Source: Candidatus Babeliales bacterium (GTDB taxonomy: Bacteria > Babelota > Babeliae > Babelales > JANWKD01). From it: DNA of 64,000 nucleotides. The number at the start of each line of letters is the position of its first letter. Within the stretch, counting starts at the first letter, position 1. Of this stretch, positions 29,978 to 40,617 are shown piece by piece. The translations under genes were made by a program, and so were the position numbers. The DNA lies in contig CAVRJO010000001.1 of assembly GCA_963722255.1 (NCBI GenBank), forward strand, positions 800,001 to 864,000, given 5' to 3'. The notes under the pieces were generated by a model. The model made no database searches and had not been told where the DNA came from. It saw nothing but the letters and a program-made list of their open reading frames with translations.

Positions 29978-30848
29978 TTCAAGTGTACAAATACCGGCAG
30001 ATGTAAAAAAGGAGCATATCGATGAATACAAGAAAAACTATTTGGCTATAACTCGTGGCTTCAACCGATTGTTTTTATTTTCATGTGATCAAAAGATAGA
30101 ACATCTCAATAAAGACTTTTACGGTCCCTCGATAGATCCTCAAGACAATGATCCTGAACATTTATTTAAAATTGCTCAACATGGAGATATTGGTGCATTT
30201 GCAACGCATTTAGGACTTATTGCTCATTATGGCAAACAATATCCCACAATCAACTATATTGTAAAGATGAATGGGAAAACTGATTTAGTTCCTTATAGTC
30301 AGCACGATCCTATGAGTTACACTTTATGGAGCATAGACCAAATTGTTGAATTTAAACAAAGATCACAACTTCAAATTGCCGGTGTTGGTTATACCGTATA
30401 TCTTGGCAGTGAATTTGAATCACAAATGCTTGCTCAAGCAGCTCAAATTATCTATCAAGCACATTGCTATGGTTTAGTAACAATTCTATGGATGTATCCG
30501 CGTGGTAAAAATGTAAAAAACGAACGATCCGGCGAAATCATAGCCGGAGCAGCCGGTGTCGCAGTTTCTCTTGGAGCCGATTTTGCAAAAATAAATACAC
30601 CAGATCCTTCTGATAATAAAACAACAAACGAATGGTTAGCTATAGCAGCTCAAGCAGCGGGCAAAACTAAACTAATTATCTCAGGAGGCAGCAAAGTAGA
30701 AGAACAAAGATTTTTATCTGAGCTTAATAACCATATACAATTGGGCTTTGTTTCAGGAACAGCTACCGGACGAAATATTCATCAAAGAAGTTTAACTGAT
30801 GCAGTAGCACTAACTCGTTCAATAAGCTCGCTTATTTATAAAAAATAA
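29961..30848 (+). CDS. Class I fructose-bisphosphate aldolase (DhnA family)
   Basis: DQKIEH, WMYPRG, LGADFAK (Schiff-base Lys), SGG, GRNIHQ; AAGGA RBS before ATG 29961. Confidence 0.88.
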   Translation: MDLNINSSVQIPADVKKEHIDEYKKNYLAITRGFNRLFLFSCDQKIEHLNKDFYGPSIDPQDNDPEHLFKIAQHGDIGAFATHLGLIAHYGKQYPTINYIVKMNGKTDLVPYSQHDPMSYTLWSIDQIVEFKQRSQLQIAGVGYTVYLGSEFESQMLAQAAQIIYQAHCYGLVTILWMYPRGKNVKNERSGEIIAGAAGVAVSLGADFAKINTPDPSDNKTTNEWLAIAAQAAGKTKLIISGGSKVEEQRFLSELNNHIQLGFVSGTATGRNIHQRSLTDAVALTRSISSLIYKK

Positions 30849-30942
30849 ACCATTTTTTGTCTCAATAATTTAATAGTAGATACCTTGTTTTTCTTGCCAA
30901 CCTATCCTAAGCTAATGAACGAATAAATTAAAAAGGAAGACA

Positions 30943-32460
30943 ATGAGAAGACTATGGTTATTATTTTTTATTTTAATTCTCTATAACGTTTCAATAACGG
31001 CAATTGATTTTTTCGATTTTTCCGATCGATCTGACAGAACAACATCCTGCACTGAGGTTTTCGGATTTTGTCCAATAACCTGTCTTCCTAATAGATCTTT
31101 TATGTTTACACGGCCAATATATAGAGACATTGGTGTTCAAAAGCCAATATGGCAAGAATTTGTATTCAATCCATGCGAAACTTTTGCAGTTCAAGTTGCT
31201 CCAATCTATCAAAAATCATTTGGATCACGAAGTTTAGCAAAATATTTTTTATTTAATGAGCAATATGATTTGCTCATTAAAGGTGATAATGCCATTAATA
31301 ATAATCCAAATACACGTGACGTTAGAGCAGAGTGGATCGGTCTTCCGAGTAATTATATCGGAAGCTTTTCTGTTCATCCACATCAAAAACAGTTCGGAAT
31401 TTGGATTGAAGGAAAAATGCCTTTAAGCTTTTGCTTTGATCATGAATTTTTTGAATTTTTATGGGTAGGCTTGGCCGTACCTTATCAGATTGTAGAAAAC
31501 AATATTAGACCAACGCAAACACCACCCATAAATCCTGCGCCTTCTTTTCCACGTGATGCTCTTGAAGCACTTTCCAATCCAGCACTTCTTTTTGGCAAAT
31601 TTGGTGGCAAAAAAAAAGTGAGTGGATTTGCTGAAATTGATTTTAAATTAGGTTACAACCTTCTCAATCAAGATTATTTTCAAATAGGTCTTTACTCTAT
31701 GCTTGTTGTCCCTTTACACAAAGGCGTAAAGCAGCATTTTGTTTTTGAACCATTTATAGGCAACGATCGTCATTTTGGTTATGGTAATGGCGTTACCTTT
31801 AAATTACCACTTCTTTGCGATGCAGAATGCCAACTATTTTCATTTTTTGCCTATTTTGAAAACATATACTTTTTTCGGCATGTTGAACGTAGATGTTTTG
31901 ATTTGATTAGTAATCCATGGAGCCGCTATATGCTCCTCAACAGTAAAGAAGGTGCTGTAAATGTTCCCGCTATCAATATTTTTACAAGAAAGGTTCGAGC
32001 ACGCTGCTATAATATGCTTGACCTCTTAACAGGATTTGATTGGGAAGTTGGCAATGTTCAAGTAGAGGTTGCTTATGGATTGTGGGCTCGTGGAAGAGAG
32101 CAATTAAAGCTTGCTGATTGCTTCCCTGCTGATTACGCCTTTGCAGGCGTAGGCTTTTTGCCTAACTCAAAAATACCTGCAAGTGCAAGCCTTAGTACAA
32201 TCTCAGAACAGGCACCAAATGACGTCAATGCCACAACGGGCCAGCAACAGTTTGTTCCCATAACCGTACAAGATTTAGATCTCAATTCCGGTGCAGCTCG
32301 AGGAGCATTATGCCATCGCGGGCACTTTACCGTTAGCTATCTTTATCAAGGTGATATAATTGAAGGTTTTATGTCTTTGGGAGGCTATATTGAAATTTCT
32401 CAATATAATTCAGCGCTTTCAAATTGGGGAATTTGGGGAAAGATAGGACTTGCACTATAA
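30943..32460 (+). CDS. Exported protein, probable outer-membrane beta-barrel
   Basis: Signal peptide; aromatic-rich alternating beta-strands; terminal strand WGIWGKIGLAL. Confidence 0.55.
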   Translation: MRRLWLLFFILILYNVSITAIDFFDFSDRSDRTTSCTEVFGFCPITCLPNRSFMFTRPIYRDIGVQKPIWQEFVFNPCETFAVQVAPIYQKSFGSRSLAKYFLFNEQYDLLIKGDNAINNNPNTRDVRAEWIGLPSNYIGSFSVHPHQKQFGIWIEGKMPLSFCFDHEFFEFLWVGLAVPYQIVENNIRPTQTPPINPAPSFPRDALEALSNPALLFGKFGGKKKVSGFAEIDFKLGYNLLNQDYFQIGLYSMLVVPLHKGVKQHFVFEPFIGNDRHFGYGNGVTFKLPLLCDAECQLFSFFAYFENIYFFRHVERRCFDLISNPWSRYMLLNSKEGAVNVPAINIFTRKVRARCYNMLDLLTGFDWEVGNVQVEVAYGLWARGREQLKLADCFPADYAFAGVGFLPNSKIPASASLSTISEQAPNDVNATTGQQQFVPITVQDLDLNSGAARGALCHRGHFTVSYLYQGDIIEGFMSLGGYIEISQYNSALSNWGIWGKIGLAL

Positions 32461-32464
32461 AGAA

Positions 32465-32922
32465 CTTTTCTAAGCATTATTATTGTTAGTTATTTTTTAA
32501 ATTTATTCGTTTGATTCAACATTTTGGGTTGTAGTTTCAATTTCATTAATCACAAAAGAAACTGATTCTTCACCATCAACCAACTTTAATGTCGCAGGTG
32601 TTCCGACTATTACAGGTTGAGCAACCAAAGCTTCATTTTCACCTTGAACTACATAAAAATTAAATTCTACTACCAAAATGCCTTCTTCATTTTTAGCCAT
32701 TTTAGTAATAACTACTTTGAAAGTTTTACCATTAAGTTCAAATGTTATTTGTGAAAGTGATTCAGATAACACAACAGAGTGAGATGCAGTTTGATTGCCA
32801 ATTGTATGTATTGTTTCAAAAGCAATATCTGCTTTTGCGATTGATGAAGCCAATAAAATAATTGATAATAAGAGCTTTTTCATAGGTTCTCCCTAAAGTA
32901 ATAAAAATAATGCTTAGAAAAG
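32465..32922. repeat. 27-bp inverted repeats (17 bp perfect) enclosing gene 32503..32883
   Basis: CTTTTCTAAGCATTATT at 32465-32481 and AATAATGCTTAGAAAAG at 32906-32922; 24/27 identity when extended inwards. Confidence 0.85.
32503..32883 (-). CDS. Small exported beta-rich protein
   Basis: GGGAG RBS; signal MKKLLL...AKA|DIA. Confidence 0.8.
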   Translation of the reverse strand: MKKLLLSIILLASSIAKADIAFETIHTIGNQTASHSVVLSESLSQITFELNGKTFKVVITKMAKNEEGILVVEFNFYVVQGENEALVAQPVIVGTPATLKLVDGEESVSFVINEIETTTQNVESNE

Positions 32923-32959
32923 CTCATGAAAAAATTAATTGTTACATTAATTTAGCTTC

Positions 32960-32987
32960 ACTATACTGCTTTGCAGCTTTTTGTCAA
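32960..32987 (-). promoter_or_regulatory. Sigma70-type promoter for 32503..32883
   Basis: Minus strand TTGACA-N16-TATAGT. Confidence 0.6.
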
Positions 32988-33130
32988 TTTAATCTTTTTT
33001 AGCAAGCATAAAAAATAGTGAACCGTTTTCTAAAATTTTTCAATTATTTTTAAAAAATAATTTATATAGATAATTTTATTTTTTTCTATTAAACTTTTCT
33101 TGTATTTTACACCCTCTAAAAATCTAATGT

Positions 33131-34306
33131 ATGCTCTCAAATCAATTTAGAACTATTTCGATACATCCATTATTTATAGCCTTATGCTTTTTTAGTGCAG
33201 GAGTTTATGCACAAACAGCCTGTAGCCAACTTGCACTATCTATGATGTTGCTTGTTGCTCTTTGCATACTTTGCTTACTACAAAAAAAATTTATTTCTTT
33301 GCAAAAAATTATGTATGCTTGCGCATTCTTTGCAGGAAATTATGCTTATAATGCTCAATTAACCAATCACAATCACTTTTTTACAACCATCGATGAACAA
33401 CAGCCATATAGCTTGACCGGGGTTATTGCTTCTATCCAAGATCTTCAATTCAAACGATATTCACGTTATTGTATTCTAAAAAACGTTACCTTGTATCAAA
33501 ATAAATCTAATACAATTGTGCATGAAAACTTTTGCATGGGCTTTTATTCAAATAATCTCAATGATTTTTGCATAGATGATACAATCTCTTTACAAGGTAT
33601 CAAGTTTAAAAATCCACACGCATCATATCAACACTACCTCATTAAGGAAGGACTCATTGCTACCTCTTTTTTACAGAATGAATGCCAACCATATCTTGTA
33701 TCTCGGCCATTATTCTCATTCAAACGTTGGATTTTCAATAAAAAAAATGAACTTTTATATTCGTTAAAAAACAAAATGAACGCATCATCTTTTACATTCT
33801 TTTCTTCCCTTTTTCTTGGCAATAAAACGAATAGTTTTCATTATGAAAAATTAAAAGATCATTTTAAACGTTGGGGTTTATCACATTATCTAGCTCGTTC
33901 CGGACTCCACTTAATTTTATTTATTGCCCTCTGGCAATTTCTCTTACGATTTATACCCTTGGCATTCATTATAAAGCATCTAATCCTAAGTTGTATAGTA
34001 GTTCTATATTTCATATTTAGTTGGCCAAGCTTGCCGTTTATTCGTTCTTGTATTACGTATTTTGTATATTTTATTTATATTCTATGCAATAAGCAGATCG
34101 ATTCTTTGCATATACTTACTCTTGTCACATGGCTTATACTTCTGTCTAATCCTGTGCAGCTTTTTTCACTTGACTTTCAACTGAGCTTTGGTCTCACCTT
34201 CGCGCTAATTTGGTTTTCACGATTGCAAAGAGTGCAAACCAAAAATCGAACCACATCCCACAAAATAAATCCAATTACGAATTTAGAATTTATACAAAAG
34301 CATTGA
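33131..34306 (+). CDS. comEC: ComEC/Rec2 competence membrane protein (no C-terminal nuclease domain)
   Basis: GLSHYLARSGLH, FIRS, NPVQLFSLDFQLSF motifs. Confidence 0.8.
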   Translation: MLSNQFRTISIHPLFIALCFFSAGVYAQTACSQLALSMMLLVALCILCLLQKKFISLQKIMYACAFFAGNYAYNAQLTNHNHFFTTIDEQQPYSLTGVIASIQDLQFKRYSRYCILKNVTLYQNKSNTIVHENFCMGFYSNNLNDFCIDDTISLQGIKFKNPHASYQHYLIKEGLIATSFLQNECQPYLVSRPLFSFKRWIFNKKNELLYSLKNKMNASSFTFFSSLFLGNKTNSFHYEKLKDHFKRWGLSHYLARSGLHLILFIALWQFLLRFIPLAFIIKHLILSCIVVLYFIFSWPSLPFIRSCITYFVYFIYILCNKQIDSLHILTLVTWLILLSNPVQLFSLDFQLSFGLTFALIWFSRLQRVQTKNRTTSHKINPITNLEFIQKH

Positions 34307-34370
34307 TTTACTCATATTGAATTAAGTATTCTACAATTAAATACAAGTATTTAACAAAAAGGAGAAGTTC

Positions 34371-35795
34371 ATGCTTATCTATATTAAAAACTATTTTTAT
34401 CGCAGCACCGGGTTATTTCTTTGTATACTCATTCCGCATCTTATGATGAATAACCATTCTTCTTATTGCATTTCTGAAAAATTTATTTCAAAAATTGAAT
34501 CAGCATTACCGACGGATATTCTCAAGCTTAATAATAAAATTGTTACTGAAAAAGATTTAACTATCATATTTTATCTTGCCGGTGTAAACAATCTAGGCTA
34601 TTTTTTAAGAAAAAATCTAAATCAATTAGCAGAAAAGGGCTCCAATAAATATTACAATATAATTGTACAACTTGATGTGCTGCTTCCTGGCAATAAAAAA
34701 GTTACAAAACGTTACTTTGTTGAGAAAAACAAATTGGTTATTTTAAATCAAAATGACCCATCGACACAGAGCATGGATAGTGGCGACCCAAACAGTCTTA
34801 TTAGCCTATGCACCTATTGCGTTGAAAATTATCGAGCAAAAAACTACATGCTCGTGCTATCAAATCATGCAACTGGTATTATTGATATAGGCCAAATGAG
34901 AGCCGTAAATCCATCTCAACTGTTTACTTTTAATCCAACAACAAACATGATTGAATTAAACAGAAATTTGCCTTTCTTAGAATTTATTATGTCACCAGAA
35001 AATCAACGTGGTATATGTTTTGACGACATAACTGGCCACTATTTAACAAATAGACAACTTGATATGGCGCTCAAAACTATTTGCACCAAAATCATTAAAA
35101 ATAAGTTTGAAACCATAATATTTGATGCATGTCTGCAACAAATGTATGAAATTGGGGCTTTACTCAAACCCTATGCAAAAATCATGCTTGGATCACAAGA
35201 GGTAATTTTAGCGCCAGGCCTAGATTATGAAGATGTACTGACTCCTTTTGAAAACAAGAAAATAGATACAGCCATCTTTGCAAAACATGTTGTTGCTTCA
35301 TATGAAAATACCTACAAAAAAATAACGCATGACTACACTTTTTCAGCGGTTGACTTGTCATTGATGCAATTTTTAGAAAACAACGTAAATGCAACAGCAG
35401 CATTGTTGACTGAGGGAATTAAGCACCGACAAAACAATTTTATCAAAGAAGCAATTAAAACAAGCAGACATAAATTATTATGCACACATTTTGAAGAACC
35501 AAGCTATATTGATCTACACCATTTTTACACAAATTTATTAAACAATCTTTCTCGCTTTAATTTCCAATCAAATCAACACGATGAATACCTTAAATCATTA
35601 ATCAACAAAATTAACCACCACCTTAAAGATGGATTAGCAATCATCAAAAAGGTAGTCTTTGCAAATGTTGCAGGAAAGAATATTAGTCAAGCAAAGGGCT
35701 TGTCAATCTACTTCCCTGAATATGGTCAAAAACATCCCTCATATGGCTATAACCATCAATGGAGTCAATTCTTAGATTATTACTTACACTCGTAA
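34371..35795 (+). CDS. Clostripain family (C11) cysteine peptidase
   Basis: YLAGVNNL, MDSGDP, NHATG (His), ICFDD, FDACL (Cys), SQE, YIDL, GLSIYFP. Confidence 0.85.
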   Translation: MLIYIKNYFYRSTGLFLCILIPHLMMNNHSSYCISEKFISKIESALPTDILKLNNKIVTEKDLTIIFYLAGVNNLGYFLRKNLNQLAEKGSNKYYNIIVQLDVLLPGNKKVTKRYFVEKNKLVILNQNDPSTQSMDSGDPNSLISLCTYCVENYRAKNYMLVLSNHATGIIDIGQMRAVNPSQLFTFNPTTNMIELNRNLPFLEFIMSPENQRGICFDDITGHYLTNRQLDMALKTICTKIIKNKFETIIFDACLQQMYEIGALLKPYAKIMLGSQEVILAPGLDYEDVLTPFENKKIDTAIFAKHVVASYENTYKKITHDYTFSAVDLSLMQFLENNVNATAALLTEGIKHRQNNFIKEAIKTSRHKLLCTHFEEPSYIDLHHFYTNLLNNLSRFNFQSNQHDEYLKSLINKINHHLKDGLAIIKKVVFANVAGKNISQAKGLSIYFPEYGQKHPSYGYNHQWSQFLDYYLHS

Positions 35796-35803
35796 AAAAA
35801 GCG

Positions 35804-35842
35804 TTGTCAGTGAGTTCAATTATTATTTGAACTCACTGACAA
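35804..35842. terminator. 16-bp perfect hairpin between convergent genes
   Basis: TTGTCAGTGAGTTCAA-N7-TTGAACTCACTGACAA. Confidence 0.75.
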
Positions 35843-35859
35843 TTTTCTAAAAAATTATT

Positions 35860-36213
35860 TTAGTCTTTCTTTTCCTTAGCCTTCTTGTTCGCTTGGTACA
35901 GCTGCACAGTTATAGCTGCAACCCCAGCGCAGAAAGCGGCACCGACAGGAGCGACTAGAGTCCCAACAACGAACATATCCGGTCTTTCTAAAGGAAATTG
36001 ATTAAATAGTATGCAACAAGAACCTAAGCAAACAGCACCTGATATAGCAGCTTCGCAACAACTATGTTCATCATACTCTATTTGATTAGAGGGCATTTTT
36101 TTATGTTCTTTGCACATCTCTTTCTTTTCGCAACGTTCCATTGATGATATTTCAAAACTGGTGCACAACAAAATAGGCAAAAACAACAGACTTAAAAATC
36201 TTCTTTTTTTCAT
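35860..36213 (-). CDS. Secreted small Cys-rich protein with hydrophobic hairpin
   Basis: AAGGAG RBS; signal ...ISS|MER; two hydrophobic segments and a basic tail. Confidence 0.7.
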   Translation of the reverse strand: MKKRRFLSLLFLPILLCTSFEISSMERCEKKEMCKEHKKMPSNQIEYDEHSCCEAAISGAVCLGSCCILFNQFPLERPDMFVVGTLVAPVGAAFCAGVAAITVQLYQANKKAKEKKD

Positions 36214-36350
36214 ACAAGCTCCTTAAAAAATGGCGTAGAATAAAGAAATTAATATTTTTTCAATTGTATATTAAACTAACAACAAGCAGTTTATTCTAAC
36301 TTTTGCAACAACAAAATACAATCAAAAAATCTCTATTTGGAAAGGCACAT

Positions 36351-36929
36351 ATGACTCATAAAACAAACTCCGATCTACTTCATGAACTGTACAGCAAATT
36401 CCCAAACTGCCAGTCAATACCAATCGATACCCAGGGGGCCACGAGAGTTGTCTATGGCCAAGGAAATCCTAATGCGGAACTTATGATCATCGGTGAAGCA
36501 CCAGGTCAAAAAGAAGATGAGCTTGGCAAACCTTTTGTAGGAAGATCAGGAGAACTGCTTACTAATACCTTGCAAGCACTTGGCATAAAAAGAGAGGATA
36601 TTTTTATAACAAATGTTGTTAAGTGCCGTCCCCCTAATAATAGAACCCCAACACAAGAAGAGGTTGATCTTTATAAAAAATATTTTTTAATACCTGAAAT
36701 TAAAATAATCAGGCCAAAAATAATTATAACCGTAGGAAACATAGCATTCAAAGCGATTCTTTCTGATACTGGATTAACAATTTCAAAAGCCCGTGGTCAA
36801 TTGTTCCAACGCGGCAATTTTCTCATTATACCCACCTTCCATCCTGCGTATATATTAAGAAACCCTTATGAATTAAACAATTTTAAGGCTGATCTCGCTT
36901 TGGGCGCCTCATTTTTAAAAAAGGAATAA
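36351..36929 (+). CDS. Uracil-DNA glycosylase family 4
   Basis: IGEAPG, PFVGRSG, TNVVKCRPP.NRTP, PTFHPAY. Confidence 0.9.
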   Translation: MTHKTNSDLLHELYSKFPNCQSIPIDTQGATRVVYGQGNPNAELMIIGEAPGQKEDELGKPFVGRSGELLTNTLQALGIKREDIFITNVVKCRPPNNRTPTQEEVDLYKKYFLIPEIKIIRPKIIITVGNIAFKAILSDTGLTISKARGQLFQRGNFLIIPTFHPAYILRNPYELNNFKADLALGASFLKKE

Positions 36930-36958
36930 TAAAAAAAATTAAAAGTGCACATAGAAAT

Positions 36959-37238
36959 TGTGGATAACTATGTGGATAACTATGTGGATAACCTGTGGAT
37001 AACTTTGGACATATCTGTCATTGTTTGCTGCAGAAGGCGACTTCAAAGCCCATGCTATTTAAATTACCACATAGAAGATGATATTGAACCATATGGGGCA
37101 AGTTATCCACAAGTTATCCACATAGTTATCCACAAAAAAAATTGGCAAATAATGCTGTATTCTAAAGGCTTTTTGCAAAAGTTATCCACAAAAATGCGTT
37201 TGCCTATTATTATTAATAATATATATATATATAAATAA
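36959..37238. other. Chromosomal replication origin oriC
   Basis: TGTGGATAA at 36959, 36971, 36983 and 36994; TTATCCACA at 37103, 37114, 37126 and 37182; then GCC-TAT-TAT-TAT-TAA-TAA and an (AT)n tract; strand-composition switch. Confidence 0.92.
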
Positions 37239-37371
37239 TGGTAATACGAGGTGGTGTTTTGAGATGTATGCGGTAAATTTTAAAATCTTACGCATTGCTT
37301 CTCTTTTTTTTATTTTTTGGTACACTTTAAACTAATCCCTACAATTTATATGATTTAATACAGAGGATATC

Positions 37372-38448
37372 GTGAAACTTTCTCAAGTTATAGAAGAACT
37401 CGTCGAAGAAAAAGGTCTGGAACGTACTATTCTTAGTACTATCATTTGTGAAGGCATGTTGGCTGCTTATGAAAAACGGTATCCAGGATTAGTCTTTAAG
37501 GTTGACTATGACAAAAAATCTGACGAAATTGAAATCAAGGCTCAAAAAGATGTTGTTGCCGCTGTTGAAGATGAAGAGACAGAAATAAGCTTACGAAAAG
37601 CTCGCAATATTAATCCTGAAGCGGCGGTTGGAGATCGTATTTGGGTGCCATTTGAGGGCCGCATCGGACGTATCGAAATTTTAAGAGCAAAGCAAGTTAT
37701 AGCAAACAAAATACGCCTTATTGAATCCACTATCATTTACGATCAGTTTAAAGATAAGCAGGGGTCAATTGTTCATGGTGTTATTCATAAATGTGAATAT
37801 GGTGGCGCTACAATTAAAATTGAAGAAACCCTCGCTTTCTTACCTAAATCTCTAAGTATTCCCGGAGATAAATGCACTGTAGGTTTTCCAATTAGGGCAA
37901 TTCTTAAGGAAGTTTTGGCCGAACCTAGAAACGATAATCAACTGATTTTGGATAGAACTAGTCCATTGTTTGTTGAAAAGCTTTTTGAATTGGAGATTCC
38001 TGAAGTCTTTGAAAAGCTTGTAGAAATAAAAAAAGTAGTTCGCATTCCAGGTTATAAATCTAAAGTAATTGTTGTTTCGCATGATAAGAATATTGATCCT
38101 GTTGGAACATGTGTTGGAATCGGCGGAGTTAGAATAAAACCTATTTTAAAAGAACTTGTTGCGGAGAAAGTCGACATTATTGCTTCGCGTGATTCATTAG
38201 AGCTTCTTATAAAAGATGCATTGAAACCCGCTGTTGTCAATCGTGTTGAGCTTGTTGACAGTAAAAATGCTCATGTCTGGCTTGATGAAGATCAAAGATC
38301 ATTGGCAATTGGAAAGGGTGGACAGAATATCCTTTTAGCCTCCCAATTGGTTGAACTGAATATTCATCTTGTGAACAGCGAGCCTCAAAATAGATCGAGT
38401 AATGAAGATAAAGAAATAATGCTAGAAAAAACTTTTGAAGAAAATTAA
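37372..38448 (+). CDS. nusA: Transcription termination/antitermination factor NusA
   Basis: GRI...AKQVI, LFELEIPEV, R.PG.KSK, DPVGTCVG..G.RI, SLAIGKGGQN. Confidence 0.95.
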   Translation: MKLSQVIEELVEEKGLERTILSTIICEGMLAAYEKRYPGLVFKVDYDKKSDEIEIKAQKDVVAAVEDEETEISLRKARNINPEAAVGDRIWVPFEGRIGRIEILRAKQVIANKIRLIESTIIYDQFKDKQGSIVHGVIHKCEYGGATIKIEETLAFLPKSLSIPGDKCTVGFPIRAILKEVLAEPRNDNQLILDRTSPLFVEKLFELEIPEVFEKLVEIKKVVRIPGYKSKVIVVSHDKNIDPVGTCVGIGGVRIKPILKELVAEKVDIIASRDSLELLIKDALKPAVVNRVELVDSKNAHVWLDEDQRSLAIGKGGQNILLASQLVELNIHLVNSEPQNRSSNEDKEIMLEKTFEEN

Positions 38449-38523
38449 CAATTAGGGCATATAAGTGATTTAATTTGCTGAAATAAAAAATAATTAATCC
38501 GATAGTGAGATAATGTAAAGACT

Positions 38524-40524
38524 ATGCGTATATACGAATATTCAAAAAAAAATAATGTTTCCAACAAAGAGCTTCTTGATTTATTAAAAGAACAGAGTTT
38601 CGATGTTGTTACGCATATGTCGGCGCTATCAGATGAAGCAATAGCTTTCCTTGATAGCCATTATGCTCAAAAATCTACTCCTTTAACTCCTTCATCGCAA
38701 CAAAAAGAAAAAAACGTGTCGACCATACAAGAAAAACCAAAGTTTGTAGAAAAGAGCGCAAAGCCTGTATCTGATTCTATGCCCCATGAAACACCTATGC
38801 AAAAACCTCCAGCAGAAGAAGAATTTGTTTTAGCACCAATGACGGTAAGTCAATTTGCACAAAAAATTAAAAAACCGGTTAATGATGTTATGCTGACCCT
38901 GCTAAAACAGGGTTTTGTATCTTCAAAAAATCAATTATTGCCCATTAAAATGGTCGAGCAACTAGCTCGTCATTATCAAATTACTATTTCGACCCAACAG
39001 GCAAAAAAAGAAGTAGAGTCTGCTCATGAGGTTGAACAAAAAATTGTATTAGATGCAGAGCACCAGCGACTTCCTATTGTTGTGGTTATTGGGCATGTTG
39101 ATCATGGAAAAACAACGTTGCTTGATTTTATACGTAATACTCGCGTTGCTGCACGAGAACATGGTGGTATTACGCAACATCTAGGCGCCTACGAGGTTAA
39201 AACTCCTCATGGTGGGATTGTCTTTTTAGATACTCCTGGCCATGCAGCATTCATAAAAATGCGAGCTCGTGGAGTAAAGGTTGCCGATATTGCTATTCTT
39301 GTTGTTGCTGCTGATGATGGAGTTATGCCCCAAACTGTTGAGGCTATTAAGCATACAAAAAATTTAAAAGTTCCTATCATTGTTGCTATTAATAAAATTG
39401 ATAAAGCAACGCCTATTCAAATTGAAACAGTTAAGCGTCAACTTACCAACTATGATTTATTGCCAGAAGAATGGGGTGGCCAAACAATTTGTGTTCCTAT
39501 CTCTGCAAAAACAGGAGTTGGCATTGATCAATTATTAGAAATGATCCAATTGCAGGCTGAAGTTATGGAATTGCGTGCTGATGCGACAAAGCCCGGTAAA
39601 GGTTTTGTTCTTGAAGCTCGGATGGAAAAGGGTCGCGGTGCGGTAGCTACTGTTATTGCTCAAGAGGGGACGATTAAAATTTCCGATTATTTTAGAGTTG
39701 GTTCAACGTTTGGCAAAGTGAACTCCTTAGTCGATTCAACTGGAAAAAGTTTGAAAAGTGTAGGCCCTTCAATTCCGGTACTTATTGCAGGATTTGATCT
39801 TTTGCCTGAAGCCGGTGATTTTTTTGAAGTGATACCCCAAGATCAGTATCAAATAGCAAGATCTTCTCGTGAGGCTATCAAAGAAGAGCCGAAGCATTTT
39901 GCTACAGAAGGTGCACTTAATCTTCTTGTTAAGGCTGATACTAAATCTAGCAGTGAAGCGCTTGTTCAATCTATTGAACAGCTAAATGAAAAAAGCGTTA
40001 AGAAGTTTCAGGTTGTTTATACAGGCATTGGTGATATTAGAGAAAGTGATGTGGAGCTTGCGCATACCACTGATTCGATAATTTATGGTTTTAATGTAAA
40101 ATTTGAATTAAAGGCTGCAGCTCTTGCCCAAAAGCTTAATGTGCAAATTAGAACTTTCCAAATTATTTATAAAATGCTTGATGATATTGAGCTTTTGGCT
40201 AAAGAAAATGAACCTGTTAAATATGTTTCTACAAAAATTGGCGAGGCAGTAGTTCGTAAGATTTTTGAAATAAAAAACCTTGGTACCATCGCTGGTTGTT
40301 ATGTAAAAGAAGGAAGACTTTCTCGCAATGGCCGAGTTATCATTATGCGTGGTAAGAACAAAGTTGGAGAAGGTTCGATTAAAAGCTTGGAGCGTGATAA
40401 AAAATCGGTGAAAGAAGTTCATGCAGGATTTGAATGTGCGTTTTTGGTTGAAGGTTTTAATGAGTGGAAAATCGATGATCGCGTTGAATGCATTATTGAG
40501 CTTCCTGCAAAAGCAAATAATTAA
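38524..40524 (+). CDS. infB: Translation initiation factor IF-2
   Basis: [47 protein letters not shown]. Confidence 0.97.
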   Translation: MRIYEYSKKNNVSNKELLDLLKEQSFDVVTHMSALSDEAIAFLDSHYAQKSTPLTPSSQQKEKNVSTIQEKPKFVEKSAKPVSDSMPHETPMQKPPAEEEFVLAPMTVSQFAQKIKKPVNDVMLTLLKQGFVSSKNQLLPIKMVEQLARHYQITISTQQAKKEVESAHEVEQKIVLDAEHQRLPIVVVIGHVDHGKTTLLDFIRNTRVAAREHGGITQHLGAYEVKTPHGGIVFLDTPGHAAFIKMRARGVKVADIAILVVAADDGVMPQTVEAIKHTKNLKVPIIVAINKIDKATPIQIETVKRQLTNYDLLPEEWGGQTICVPISAKTGVGIDQLLEMIQLQAEVMELRADATKPGKGFVLEARMEKGRGAVATVIAQEGTIKISDYFRVGSTFGKVNSLVDSTGKSLKSVGPSIPVLIAGFDLLPEAGDFFEVIPQDQYQIARSSREAIKEEPKHFATEGALNLLVKADTKSSSEALVQSIEQLNEKSVKKFQVVYTGIGDIRESDVELAHTTDSIIYGFNVKFELKAAALAQKLNVQIRTFQIIYKMLDDIELLAKENEPVKYVSTKIGEAVVRKIFEIKNLGTIAGCYVKEGRLSRNGRVIIMRGKNKVGEGSIKSLERDKKSVKEVHAGFECAFLVEGFNEWKIDDRVECIIELPAKANN

Positions 40525-40617
40525 AATATAGATCAATTTCTTGATAAATTTTGCTTAGCTTTTTATTATACGTTTATTCAAGGGCATGGCTTTTTGCTGG
40601 CAAGAGGGGAGTTGTTT

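Noticed and set aside
36959..37134. Short tandem repeats as a CRISPR array or iterons
   Set aside because: The units are 9-bp DnaA boxes with 2-3 bp gaps; there are no spacers and no cas or rep gene.
36945..37238. 97-aa ORF with VDNY repeats
   Set aside because: It is the translation of the tandem DnaA boxes of oriC, not a credible protein.
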